DNA from: a virus
Length of the DNA stretch: 64,000 bases
Virus record (IMG/VR): IMGVR_UViG_3300045988_172855
Reading direction: 5' to 3' (one strand)
The position numbers and the translations under genes were made by a program. A model generated the notes under the pieces. It saw nothing but the letters and a program-made list of their open reading frames with translations, did no database searches and was not told where the DNA came from. Shown here piece by piece: positions 36,388-45,711 of this stretch; the first letter of the stretch is position 1; every line of letters begins with the position of its first letter.

Positions 36388-36738
36388 TTACTCCTTTACT
36401 AGTTCTATCTTAGTGTTCATAAGACAAACATACAAGTTCACCTCCGACATGGTTCCATCTTTCTTCACCTTGCTAAACAATGGCTCAACGTTATCAAGAA
36501 AATCAATTTTATAATCCCTGACATAGGCGTATTGTTTTCTTTCGGGGACAGTAACACTTTCTAAGCTATCTAATTTTGTATATGTAGATGCAGGAGTGGT
36601 AATACACACCTTGCTTCCGATAGGATACTTCACATTGGATTCAATGTACTCTTTTTCTAATTTTATCATTTCGTTCTTCAATTCATTCATCTTTGAATTG
36701 ATAATTTCTCTCTTTGCTTTAAATTCTTCTTTATTCAT
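36388..36738 (-). CDS. hypothetical protein
   Basis: ORF with an ATG start and a coiled-coil N-terminus. Confidence 0.5.
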   Translation of the reverse strand: MNKEEFKAKREIINSKMNELKNEMIKLEKEYIESNVKYPIGSKVCITTPASTYTKLDSLESVTVPERKQYAYVRDYKIDFLDNVEPLFSKVKKDGTMSEVNLYVCLMNTKIELVKE

Positions 36739-37219
36739 ATCTACATGCTTTATTGTATTTACATTCTTTACATTTAATTTCGTTATAAAGAGCTCCTTCG
36801 TATTCGTCGTTACATAAAATGTATCCTCTAGGAGTATTCCAAAATTTATGTCTCAGAAAATCTAAGTATTCTTCTGAAAATCTACTTTGACTTTCTAACG
36901 GATTTCGAAGACCTCTTTGTCTAAGAATTCGAGAAACCATAAACATCTTCTCTGACGTTCTCTCGTTCCATTGTTTTATCGAGTTTAAACACAAACATTT
37001 TGCTAAAGTGATATAGAATATTCCCGAATTCTTTCTATCAGATAAAACAATCTGAAACGACAGATATTTCCATATCTCATCAGTTGTATTGATCTTAGAA
37101 TTTATCATAAACTTATTTATTAAATTTATATTTCTCTGAGATCGTTTCAATTCGTAACCTGGACTATTATTCAGTCTAGCTATCAAATATTCGTATATAT
37201 CACAAAACTCATCTATCAT
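36731..37219 (-). CDS. hypothetical protein
   Basis: ORF with an ATG start and a C-terminal CKECKYNKAC. Confidence 0.5.
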   Translation of the reverse strand: MIDEFCDIYEYLIARLNNSPGYELKRSQRNINLINKFMINSKINTTDEIWKYLSFQIVLSDRKNSGIFYITLAKCLCLNSIKQWNERTSEKMFMVSRILRQRGLRNPLESQSRFSEEYLDFLRHKFWNTPRGYILCNDEYEGALYNEIKCKECKYNKACRYE

Positions 37220-37246
37220 AACAAAATAGTATCTCTTACTCTTAAA

Positions 37247-37275
37247 GAAAAGGACGTTTTGAATTCGTCCTTTTC
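37247..37275 (-). terminator. intrinsic terminator hairpin
   Basis: 10-bp stem gaaaaggacg/cgtccttttc with a 9-nt loop, followed on the minus strand by TTTAAG. It lies downstream of the tail-module gene ending at 37306. Confidence 0.55.
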
Positions 37276-37281
37276 AATGCC

Positions 37282-37312
37282 TAAAGATACAAAAATATTA
37301 TCTATCTACAAC
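37282..37312 (-). promoter_or_regulatory. promoter-like GTTG-N19-TATCTTTA element
   Basis: Minus strand GTTG...TATCTTTAGGCAT. The 14-mer GTATCTTTAGGCAT is identical to the one abutting the RNase H start (4391-4404). Confidence 0.35.
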
Positions 37313-37884
37313 GAATCCTCCCAAATAATTTGTAATTTTAATGTCTCTTCTTGATTATGCACAATAGGTTTATATCTTGATCCTGAAAATGTAGCTAAGG
37401 GGTCTATTTCAGCAACCTTATTGTAATCTATCATAGCTCTCTCTTTATTAATACTTCTTGAAATCCATAATCCGATCATTTGACCAGGTTCAATATCGCC
37501 GATAGTAACTCTAGAATCTTCCGTAGCATCATAAAGCTGAGTATTAAACGGTTTGCTATATATAGAAGGTATTAATTCCATATATTGTTCATCGTTTGTA
37601 CTCTGAGTAAGAACTGTTGCTCCTATTTGAAAATTACAATAAGCATCTTCAGGAACTTCAAACCACATTTGAACATTTGATGCGACTTTATCACTATCAT
37701 TTTGCAAAACAATAGCTCGATATTCTGTTTTTGCGTTCTTAATTGTCAACAAACTTAATTCATCGAATAAATTCGAAAAAACATCGTTAGGAACTTGCGT
37801 TGATGAAGGAAATCCTCCTATCGAATAAATAGATTTTGTTTGAGCTGCCATATATGCTGAGCTCACTGTATATAATAGTTTCAT
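37306..37884 (-). CDS. hypothetical protein, tail-module position
   Basis: ORF with an ATG start overlapping the upstream stop (TAATG). Last gene before the terminator at 37247-37275. Confidence 0.5.
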   Translation of the reverse strand: MKLLYTVSSAYMAAQTKSIYSIGGFPSSTQVPNDVFSNLFDELSLLTIKNAKTEYRAIVLQNDSDKVASNVQMWFEVPEDAYCNFQIGATVLTQSTNDEQYMELIPSIYSKPFNTQLYDATEDSRVTIGDIEPGQMIGLWISRSINKERAMIDYNKVAEIDPLATFSGSRYKPIVHNQEETLKLQIIWEDSL

Positions 37885-38720
37885 TAGCTTTTTGATTTTG
37901 CAAAATTAGACAATGACCAATATTCACTCTTTTTTGTATTATCTACAGAAATAACTCCTCCATTATTTCTTACACGAGCTAGATAAAACTCGTTGTTTGA
38001 TTTTGTAGGAGGTTGATCAAGTGTTGTTTCTTGTACAAGGCTAAATGTGTAATAATCGTAAGTATACAATCCTTCCAACTGAGCATCTGTAAATACCTTG
38101 CCCAAAGGTATCGTTCCTAAGATTATTACTTGTAAATTTGTTTCAGCAACAAAGTCAGATTCTGACGTTAAAATCAAGTTCTGATTATCCACAACATTAA
38201 CGATTTGATAAATCCCATTATTTAACGGTTGTGATCCATCGTCTTTAGCAAAACGGATTGCAACAGGAGTTTTACCTGACTGTCCTCTTACTTTACCACT
38301 AAAATTCACAGTTCCAGTAACAGCTCCTTTTTGGTTGATACTAACTAAACCGTCTTCATAATTTTTAGTCGAATAACTAACTTTCAACCAATAATAAACG
38401 CTATCTGAAGGCACTGCAAAATTGTCATAAATATTTTTGAGATTAATAACTTGTCCAAGTGAGTTGACGGCCATACCTGGAAGTATTTTTATAGTACCTC
38501 CTTGTGTTCCTTGCTCAACTTCAAATGCTTTATTGTCTTCAAAAGTATCATTTGTAACAAAATCAGCATCAAACTTTTTAGGATTGTTTGTTATAATCCC
38601 AAAAGTATAACTTGCACCTATCAAAATTTTACCAAGCAAGGATTCTTGTAAAAATCCTTGCAAATTCATCAACTCCTCTTTTTCTAGAAAAGTATTTCTA
38701 TGTACATTTAATTGTGACAT
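37884..38720 (-). CDS. hypothetical protein, tail-module position
   Basis: ORF with an ATG start, immediately downstream of the 1809-aa fibre gene. Confidence 0.5.
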   Translation of the reverse strand: MSQLNVHRNTFLEKEELMNLQGFLQESLLGKILIGASYTFGIITNNPKKFDADFVTNDTFEDNKAFEVEQGTQGGTIKILPGMAVNSLGQVINLKNIYDNFAVPSDSVYYWLKVSYSTKNYEDGLVSINQKGAVTGTVNFSGKVRGQSGKTPVAIRFAKDDGSQPLNNGIYQIVNVVDNQNLILTSESDFVAETNLQVIILGTIPLGKVFTDAQLEGLYTYDYYTFSLVQETTLDQPPTKSNNEFYLARVRNNGGVISVDNTKKSEYWSLSNFAKSKS

Positions 38721-38736
38721 ATATTATATTTTTTAA

Positions 38737-41700
38737 TTAAAACCAATTAGGAAATTGTTGTTTAAATAAATCGTAATAAGCAGCTCCTGTACAACCACTA
38801 AAACAAGCTGTACTATCTTTAACTTGATCTATTTTAATAATATTTTTAAATATCGGAACAGATACTGTAGATATACACAATGGCATTGATAGAGCAATCT
38901 GTGTATTACCTATACCGCTATCAGAAATCCCTGGATAATAGATTATTTTAGAACAGCCTTCAAAAGCACGATCCCAATACAAACAAGTTGTATAAAGACC
39001 ACTTGTAACTGTCACTTTATCACTTCCTATAGTATATCCAAATAAATCATTAATATTTCCTTCGAGATTTGTACAATTATAAAACATTTGTGAAATACGT
39101 ATAATTTTATTCGCATTGTTAGGTGTAACAGATATTCCAACACTTCTCAAGTTTTTACAAAGAGCAAAACATCTTGTATAGTCAGAACAATCTCTACTAG
39201 TAAAGAAATTTGAAGGAATTTGTGTTACACCGCTATTCATAAACGTTTCGACACAAACATCGGCATTAACTAGATTAATCGTTGATATATTCAACAAATT
39301 TGTTGTACCTAAAAATGTTCTAGTGTAATTATTTAATTCAGTAGATGTGATAGAAAATAAATTAGAACCTACACTTGATAACCTACTGCAATTAGCAAAA
39401 GCTAATTCGAAAGTTGCATTTCGAACAGATCCTGAAAATACACTCGAAGGTATTGATGTAATTCCTGATAACTCAGCAAATTTTTTTGCTATAAAAGATC
39501 CACCTGAATAAGCTGAAATCGTACAAGGCGAAGATAAATTACCGCAACCGCTAAACATATCCTCACAACTCGTAATGTTAACAGCATTGATGTTTGCCTG
39601 AATGTTTGATAAATTACTGAGATTAAACATATTAGACACATCGCAACCTCTAGATGAAGGAGATATTGTTCCGGTAACCGAATTTAAATTCTTAGTATTT
39701 TGGAAACAATACGTATAACTCTCGATATTTGATCCACCTAATACGTCATTCAAATTAATAGATCTTGACAAGCCTGAAGATGCATAAGTATATTTATAAT
39801 TTGTTCCAAAAGAAAGACATCCCTTTGGAACGCTTCTCAAAGAAGAACATCCAAAGAAAAAACGTTCAGTTGAACCTGACATCAAACTAGTAGTCCAACC
39901 CGGTATTGATGTTAAATTTCTACATCCATCAAATGCTGATTGAGACCAAGATGTATTCACTTTCGAAGTAAACCATTTCAAAACTCTAATTAAACTTGTT
40001 TTAAAATTCGAACTTAAATCTCCCCATTGTAACGTAGCATTCATTCCGTTAAAATCAAATAAGATTCTGTAAGTTCCTTGTTTGCTGTACGTATGACTTT
40101 TCTCACCTAAAGTTTGACTTCCATCACCCCAACTTACTCTTAGATTATTTATTCCTGTTGATCCTGTATTTTTAATAGGTAGTACAACGCTACTTGTTAA
40201 GACTTCGAGTAATGCACCGTCACCTTCCATAGTAATGAAAATTGTTTTTGTTGTCTCATTAGCACCTACCGAATAACTTCCTCTTTCTGAAAAATAATCA
40301 GGCGAGGTGGCTGTCCAAGAATAAGATGCTGCACAAGGAACGTACCAAGATACTTGTCCATTACTTCCTGTTACACCTGAACTCACATTGTCTTCAACTG
40401 TTACACCTGAAATAGGCATATTATTGGTATCGACAACTCTATATGTAACCTGACAAACATTTCTTTTCAATGTCAAATTAATATAAACATCGTCGTTACT
40501 TATAGAACCCGATCCATTTTGACTTTGATATCCTGGCTTAAACGCCTGCCAATTAAATGAGAATCCTGACAAATAAGGACCAAAATTAGCCTTACCGTCT
40601 CTTGTCGTATACTTCGTTTGACTGTTTAATTGAATAGTTACATTATCGACAGGAGAACCTGAATCGTCTTTTACAGTAAAATAAACTCCGTAATAATCAG
40701 CACCTAAACCAATTTCAAAACTAGGATTCTCTGTATCGACAACAAATGATTCTGATCTAGCTCGATAAGTAGGTTCTTTACTTGCTGTACAAACTAAAGA
40801 ACTACTTGACAACGGCACATTATAAAATGTCGCATTACCACCTCCATCTGTTACACTAGATGAATTGTTAAAAGATACAGATGCGCCTGAAATTGGTAAT
40901 TTATTATTTAAATCATATACATTAATTGTAACTATAGTCGTTTTTCTGACAAAATTCAAAGGTATATTCATTTTGCCATATACTGAAAAACTTTCTGCTA
41001 AATCATAATAATATGCTCCGTATGTAGCTCGATAATTGTAATTACCTTGTTTTAAAGTCACTTTAGCTTCACCGTCAATATTTGTTGTCAATATTTGACC
41101 TGTATCTAAAGTAATTGTCGCTCCTGAAAGAAAATCGAATCCTTCTTTTGCTACAAATGTAACTTCAAATTCGGGCTCAGGTTGTTGAGAGATATAAATA
41201 GTATATCTATTATCATCTCTCTCTTCTATATTAACGTTACCTGAAGTTGAGTAATAATCTTGTTTAGAACAAGTCCATTGCCATATACCAACAACCAAAT
41301 CCCATGTTTCCGCTACACCATTAATGTTGGTGTATTTTGTTTGGCCATTAATCGTTACCGCAGCATTTTCTAGAAGAGCTTGACTTTCTTTATCTTTTAC
41401 AGTTACAGCAAGTTTTCCTCTAGCTTTTTGTAAATCAACTACAATTGCAATAGATTGATTTGTTACAACTGCAGTTCCTGTTTGGATTTGATAATCCTTT
41501 CTACTTATAGTCCAAGGATAATTACCAGGCACTTTATTAAAAGTAGCGTTACCTTTACCATCAGTCGTTAGCGTTTCTTCATCCTCTCCTATCCCTAAAA
41601 CAATAGGTTGATTTGCTACAGGTTGATTATCAATTCTAACAGTAAATACGATATTATAGGTTATCAATTTCATCGTCACCTTAACAGTCTGATTTGCTCC

Positions 41701-44166
41701 GTTCACAATAACGACTCCTTGTCGAATGTAATATCCTTCTTTGTTTACGGTCCAATTATATGAACCTGAAATCCTTACAAATTGAGCAGTCCCTTCTGCT
41801 TGAGTAGTGATTATTTCTGTTCCGATTACAACTTGTGCACCATCAAGAGGTTGATCGTCCTGATCAACAACAGTAAAGTCAATCGTATATCCTATTTGAA
41901 CAAGATTGATTTCTTTAACGACATCTTGATCGACGACCTCTATAGAACCTTCTTGTGCATAAAACTCAGTCTTAGAAACTTTCCAATTATATGTTCCTGC
42001 AATCTCAACAAAATTTGCACGACCATTATTGTCTGTCTGAATAGTAGCTCCATTAAACGTTACATTACACTTAGATACAGGTAACGAATTATTCTTAACC
42101 AGGAACGTTACATTGTACTTAGGAATTGGTTTAAACTGAACATCAATAACTGCATTACCATATATCTCAAAATCGCTTTCAACTGTAATATAACCAGGTT
42201 TAACTACCTTATAATGATATGTTCCTGCAGCTAGTACAAATCCTGTTGCTAATCCTTGCGCGTTTGACGATCCTGTTTGATCGTTTATACTCTCTCCCGT
42301 TACTAATACAGATGCACCTGAAACTGGATCAACACCATCTCTAATTCTAAACGTTACATTATAATAAGGTATAGCTTCCATTTCTACGATTATGTTTGTA
42401 CTGTCAACAATTTCGATAGTTCTTCTAATCGTATAATAATCTTCTAATTCAGCTACATATTGATAAATACCTGGAAATACATCAAACGTCAATATTCCAC
42501 TTGATTGAGTATATTTTGTTTTCCCTGCAAAAGTCAATTTAACATTTGATAAAGGTTCTTTCGTAATTTTATCTCTTACATTAAACGTAACAACCCTTTC
42601 ATAGGCAGCACCTTGTAATTGAATATATTCTACAGCATCTTCTGTTACTAATAGAGAGTTTTGTACTTCTTCGAAATTTTCAGCCTCAACTTTATATAAA
42701 TATTGTCCTCTAGGAAGAATAATTATTGCTTCTCCATTTACATCTGTTTTCAAAGATTGCCCAAATACTGTTATAGTTGCATTTGGAATATATTTATTTC
42801 TATTTGAAAAAACCTTAAATAAGATTCGATAAGACTCTTCTCCTATATATGGACGAATTAATTCGCTGCCAAAAATATTTTTATATCCTATCAAATACTT
42901 TTTCAAGTAATTTTCAAGAGTTTGTTTTCCTTGATATGAATTGTTCTTATAATATGCTGCAATAATATCTCTTTCTCCTAAATAACCTTGAGAAAACGGT
43001 AGATATAACGGTTTTACTTTAAAATCATAAACATATACATAAGGAGTATTTCCACTCGATCTATCTTGGATAAAAATAGGCGCTATATATTTCATAGTAG
43101 GCATTAATGATAATGCTCTACCTGAAGGAAAATTCAAACTTGGTACATCAACGAATTTTTCGTTATTTGACAAAATAAGTCCTCGTATATTATAATAAAT
43201 ACCTTCATTTAAAAGATTTAAAAATTCTGTCGTATGAAACCACATAGAACTTCCTGTGATTTGTCCATTTTCAATAACTCCCATTTCTATAGGATTTCCA
43301 TCTGTAGTTTCATAGCCTGCTACACCAAACTTGAGATTCTGAGTGTCTGTAGCTGCAGATATCTTAACTTGCAAACTAATTTCATAACTCATATTAGGAT
43401 CAACGATAATCAATTTGTCACGATCAACTCGTCCGTCAATACCAACAACTTGATTGCCGAAGAAGGTCATTGCATTAAAGATCTCATCACCTTCATTTTC
43501 ATCTTGCGTTATACTAACACTTTCTGAAACTAGTAGTGGGTAATTACTAAGACTCTCTACTCCTAAAGTATACTCAAATCCTTTCGTTACATTCATCACT
43601 GTATCAGTTCGATCCCATGTAGGTGAGCTATATCCCATTGACCAACCTGTACTTTCGGGTCTTAATAAAGCAAAGATAAATTCATCTACTGAATTATATC
43701 TTATAAGTCTCAGCAATTCTCCTAGAATCTCACCTTCTGTGTTTATAATATCTAATCTTCCTCTTTTGGAATACTCTTCGAGATAATTATAGAACAAATA
43801 CTCCATTTGTTCTTGACTATCAACTAAAGCTGTCACAAGACCTCTGTCCTGAATAAACAGTTCAAACAAAATTCTATTAGAATCGATTTCTTTATATTTT
43901 CGCGCATACAAAACTACGAGTGCGAACATATGTGTTACCGTACCCCAAAATGCCTTAAAATCAGGATTATCTTTTTTATTGATAAAAGTCGGAAGGATAC
44001 CATTTCCTTCCAATTTTGCCAATACATTTTCAGCCCAACCCATTACAGCTTTATCGTTGACTTCAAAAAATCTGCTGAATATGGTATTGTTATATACAGG
44101 AAACTTTGTCGGTTTAAATAAGTCTCCACAAGGATGTTGTTCTTTCGGATCAAGCGCTTTTTCCAT
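38737..44166 (-). CDS. large tail fibre/host-recognition protein: ~90-aa beta-sandwich repeats plus a C-terminal BspA-type leucine-rich-repeat domain
   Basis: About 9-10 repeats of the pattern Y.VTF.V.D...P..GA.V......TD..G.A.F....G.Y.Y.V.K.GY (CarboxypepD_reg-like). The C-terminal ~480 aa carry F.GC.NL.S.P type repeats (FDGCRNLTSIP, FFGCSSLRSVP, FANCSRLSSV). Confidence 0.7.
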   Translation of the reverse strand: MEKALDPKEQHPCGDLFKPTKFPVYNNTIFSRFFEVNDKAVMGWAENVLAKLEGNGILPTFINKKDNPDFKAFWGTVTHMFALVVLYARKYKEIDSNRILFELFIQDRGLVTALVDSQEQMEYLFYNYLEEYSKRGRLDIINTEGEILGELLRLIRYNSVDEFIFALLRPESTGWSMGYSSPTWDRTDTVMNVTKGFEYTLGVESLSNYPLLVSESVSITQDENEGDEIFNAMTFFGNQVVGIDGRVDRDKLIIVDPNMSYEISLQVKISAATDTQNLKFGVAGYETTDGNPIEMGVIENGQITGSSMWFHTTEFLNLLNEGIYYNIRGLILSNNEKFVDVPSLNFPSGRALSLMPTMKYIAPIFIQDRSSGNTPYVYVYDFKVKPLYLPFSQGYLGERDIIAAYYKNNSYQGKQTLENYLKKYLIGYKNIFGSELIRPYIGEESYRILFKVFSNRNKYIPNATITVFGQSLKTDVNGEAIIILPRGQYLYKVEAENFEEVQNSLLVTEDAVEYIQLQGAAYERVVTFNVRDKITKEPLSNVKLTFAGKTKYTQSSGILTFDVFPGIYQYVAELEDYYTIRRTIEIVDSTNIIVEMEAIPYYNVTFRIRDGVDPVSGASVLVTGESINDQTGSSNAQGLATGFVLAAGTYHYKVVKPGYITVESDFEIYGNAVIDVQFKPIPKYNVTFLVKNNSLPVSKCNVTFNGATIQTDNNGRANFVEIAGTYNWKVSKTEFYAQEGSIEVVDQDVVKEINLVQIGYTIDFTVVDQDDQPLDGAQVVIGTEIITTQAEGTAQFVRISGSYNWTVNKEGYYIRQGVVIVNGANQTVKVTMKLITYNIVFTVRIDNQPVANQPIVLGIGEDEETLTTDGKGNATFNKVPGNYPWTISRKDYQIQTGTAVVTNQSIAIVVDLQKARGKLAVTVKDKESQALLENAAVTINGQTKYTNINGVAETWDLVVGIWQWTCSKQDYYSTSGNVNIEERDDNRYTIYISQQPEPEFEVTFVAKEGFDFLSGATITLDTGQILTTNIDGEAKVTLKQGNYNYRATYGAYYYDLAESFSVYGKMNIPLNFVRKTTIVTINVYDLNNKLPISGASVSFNNSSSVTDGGGNATFYNVPLSSSSLVCTASKEPTYRARSESFVVDTENPSFEIGLGADYYGVYFTVKDDSGSPVDNVTIQLNSQTKYTTRDGKANFGPYLSGFSFNWQAFKPGYQSQNGSGSISNDDVYINLTLKRNVCQVTYRVVDTNNMPISGVTVEDNVSSGVTGSNGQVSWYVPCAASYSWTATSPDYFSERGSYSVGANETTKTIFITMEGDGALLEVLTSSVVLPIKNTGSTGINNLRVSWGDGSQTLGEKSHTYSKQGTYRILFDFNGMNATLQWGDLSSNFKTSLIRVLKWFTSKVNTSWSQSAFDGCRNLTSIPGWTTSLMSGSTERFFFGCSSLRSVPKGCLSFGTNYKYTYASSGLSRSINLNDVLGGSNIESYTYCFQNTKNLNSVTGTISPSSRGCDVSNMFNLSNLSNIQANINAVNITSCEDMFSGCGNLSSPCTISAYSGGSFIAKKFAELSGITSIPSSVFSGSVRNATFELAFANCSRLSSVGSNLFSITSTELNNYTRTFLGTTNLLNISTINLVNADVCVETFMNSGVTQIPSNFFTSRDCSDYTRCFALCKNLRSVGISVTPNNANKIIRISQMFYNCTNLEGNINDLFGYTIGSDKVTVTSGLYTTCLYWDRAFEGCSKIIYYPGISDSGIGNTQIALSMPLCISTVSVPIFKNIIKIDQVKDSTACFSGCTGAAYYDLFKQQFPNWF

Positions 44167-44185
44167 TTTACATTCTTTTAATGCA

Positions 44186-44216
44186 TAAAAATACCAAACA
44201 ATTTTATATCTACAAA
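44186..44216 (-). promoter_or_regulatory. promoter-like TTTG-N19-TATTTTTA element for the 1809-aa fibre gene
   Basis: Minus strand TTTG-TAGATATAAAATTGTTTGG-TATTTTTA, 19 nt upstream of ATG 44166 and 20 nt outside the left inverted repeat. Confidence 0.4.
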
Positions 44217-44220
44217 CAAA

Positions 44221-45696
44221 TTGCTTATTAATTCACAATCAATCACGCTCTATGCCCTCTACATAAGCTCATCAGGGTGGTTTGCTCCTGTGACGAGTAA
44301 GTCGATAGATGTAGAAAATATAAATAATTATTATACAGGTTTACAAGGTAAAGATAAATTAAAAGAAGGTACTTCTTCGTTTGGATATTATTTTGATAAT
44401 CATATCGATTATCGAGGTAATAGTCAACCCATGTTTAGTGTTGCAGATTTTGGTAGAAGTGGTATATCAATTAATTTGGGTTTTTATTATATTAATGAGT
44501 ATAATGAAATTATTTCAGATAGAAGTGAGCAATTTCATGCCAATTCTAACAAAGTTATTTTAAGAGGAAAATTATTGGTAGCTTCCAATCAAATTAACAG
44601 TATGGTTGCTGCTATAGGTTGTGTTTCGAGCTCTGATAATCAATTTTCAAGATCTATTTGGATGGTTTATAAGGGAACGGGTTATAAAGTACGGAGAACT
44701 ACGAACTTTTCCAGTTCTACTAATTTATTAAAAGCGTACAGTAGTTACACTTTACAAAATGCGATATATTGGGGACAATGGAAAGGTAGTGATAATTATA
44801 TAGGAAGTTATTCAGCTAATCCCTTAGGACATTCACTAACAGTTGGGTACATATTATCAGATCCCAATTATGGTACTAGCGGAGAAGTTGATATATCGTT
44901 AGGTGGTATAGTTGTAAATTTTCTCAAGGCGATATTAATAGAAACTGAAACAGTAACGAGTGGAACTGTAGGAATATATGCTAAAATCGTTCTTTTAGGC
45001 ATCCATGATGATCGTAGTAAAACATTGTATTACGTGAAAATACGGTGTTATAATTCAGGTAGTGTATCGTACATTCAAAAAGTAGGTGATATAGTTTCTT
45101 ATAAATCAGTCAACCGTCCAATGGGAGCTAATTTATGGTTTACGACTGATAGAAAATGGATGTTTTTTCCACCTTCAGGTGATAGTTTTTATCCTAAAGG
45201 AATAAACTCATATTATGCTAATGGTCAACAATTGATAGTAGATGGTTCAACTTCTATGCCTGATGATGTTAGTTATCTGAATTCATCTCACACATCTGCA
45301 ATGAGATCTGCTTTGCAAAATGTATACGTATTAGAGATTTTGTTTAACAAGACTCAAACTAAAATGATTGTATTAACAAATACAACTGGAGCTGCATTTG
45401 AAATTGGAGATTTTGAAGGTAATTACAATCCTGATGCTATGTATTGTTTTCAATTGGTAAATAATTCTTGGGTACAAATTTCAACTCAAGCTATAGATAG
45501 ACAAAATGTTTTAGCTTCGTATAATTCAACTGGAAATCAAGGTATCAAGTATAAATCAAGTCTTTCTCTTTGTGATAAATCAAATGATCTCGGTTCATTA
45601 GCTATGTTTGGTAGTCAATATAGTTTTAACTGGGCATTTCCTGCAAATAGCAAACCGACTGTATTTTATACATCAAAAATAACGTGGGGTGAATGA
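44221..45696 (+). CDS. silent alternative C-terminal cassette of the giant tail fibre (no ATG start; paralogue of the region encoded by 45715-47097)
   Basis: The only long plus-strand ORF not nested in a minus-strand gene. The frame opens after TAA at 44179-44181 with no ATG before IR-L (the track start is TTG). The C-terminal ~190 aa align with the giant fibre tail (YPKGINSYY, SYLNSSHTSAMRSALQNVYV.EI.FNKT..KMIVLTN). Confidence 0.7.
   Translation: MLINSQSITLYALYISSSGWFAPVTSKSIDVENINNYYTGLQGKDKLKEGTSSFGYYFDNHIDYRGNSQPMFSVADFGRSGISINLGFYYINEYNEIISDRSEQFHANSNKVILRGKLLVASNQINSMVAAIGCVSSSDNQFSRSIWMVYKGTGYKVRRTTNFSSSTNLLKAYSSYTLQNAIYWGQWKGSDNYIGSYSANPLGHSLTVGYILSDPNYGTSGEVDISLGGIVVNFLKAILIETETVTSGTVGIYAKIVLLGIHDDRSKTLYYVKIRCYNSGSVSYIQKVGDIVSYKSVNRPMGANLWFTTDRKWMFFPPSGDSFYPKGINSYYANGQQLIVDGSTSMPDDVSYLNSSHTSAMRSALQNVYVLEILFNKTQTKMIVLTNTTGAAFEIGDFEGNYNPDAMYCFQLVNNSWVQISTQAIDRQNVLASYNSTGNQGIKYKSSLSLCDKSNDLGSLAMFGSQYSFNWAFPANSKPTVFYTSKITWGE
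44236..44301. repeat. 66-bp perfect inverted repeat, left arm (IR-L)
   Basis: caatcaatcacgctctatgccctctacataagctcatcagggtggtttgctcctgtgacgagtaag is the exact reverse complement of 47032-47097. It encodes QSITLYALYISSSGWFAPVTSK in frame in both ORFs. Confidence 0.95.
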
Positions 45697-45706
45697 TTCA
45701 CCCCAC
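45684..45706. terminator. bidirectional intrinsic terminator between the two convergent fibre cassettes
   Basis: Stem gtggggtgaa/ttcaccccac with loop tga (the plus-ORF stop codon). T-runs follow on both strands (ttctttt on plus, GTTATTTTT on minus). Confidence 0.65.
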
Positions 45707-45711
45707 TTCTT

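Noticed and set aside
44221-45696. Treating the plus-strand ORF as an ordinary, independently expressed gene with the TTG start given in the track.
   Set aside because: There is no ATG between the upstream in-frame stop (44179-44181) and the inverted repeat. The first 22 conserved residues are an internal segment of the fibre protein. No plus-strand promoter-like box is evident. It is more parsimonious as a silent cassette, although an internal start cannot be excluded.
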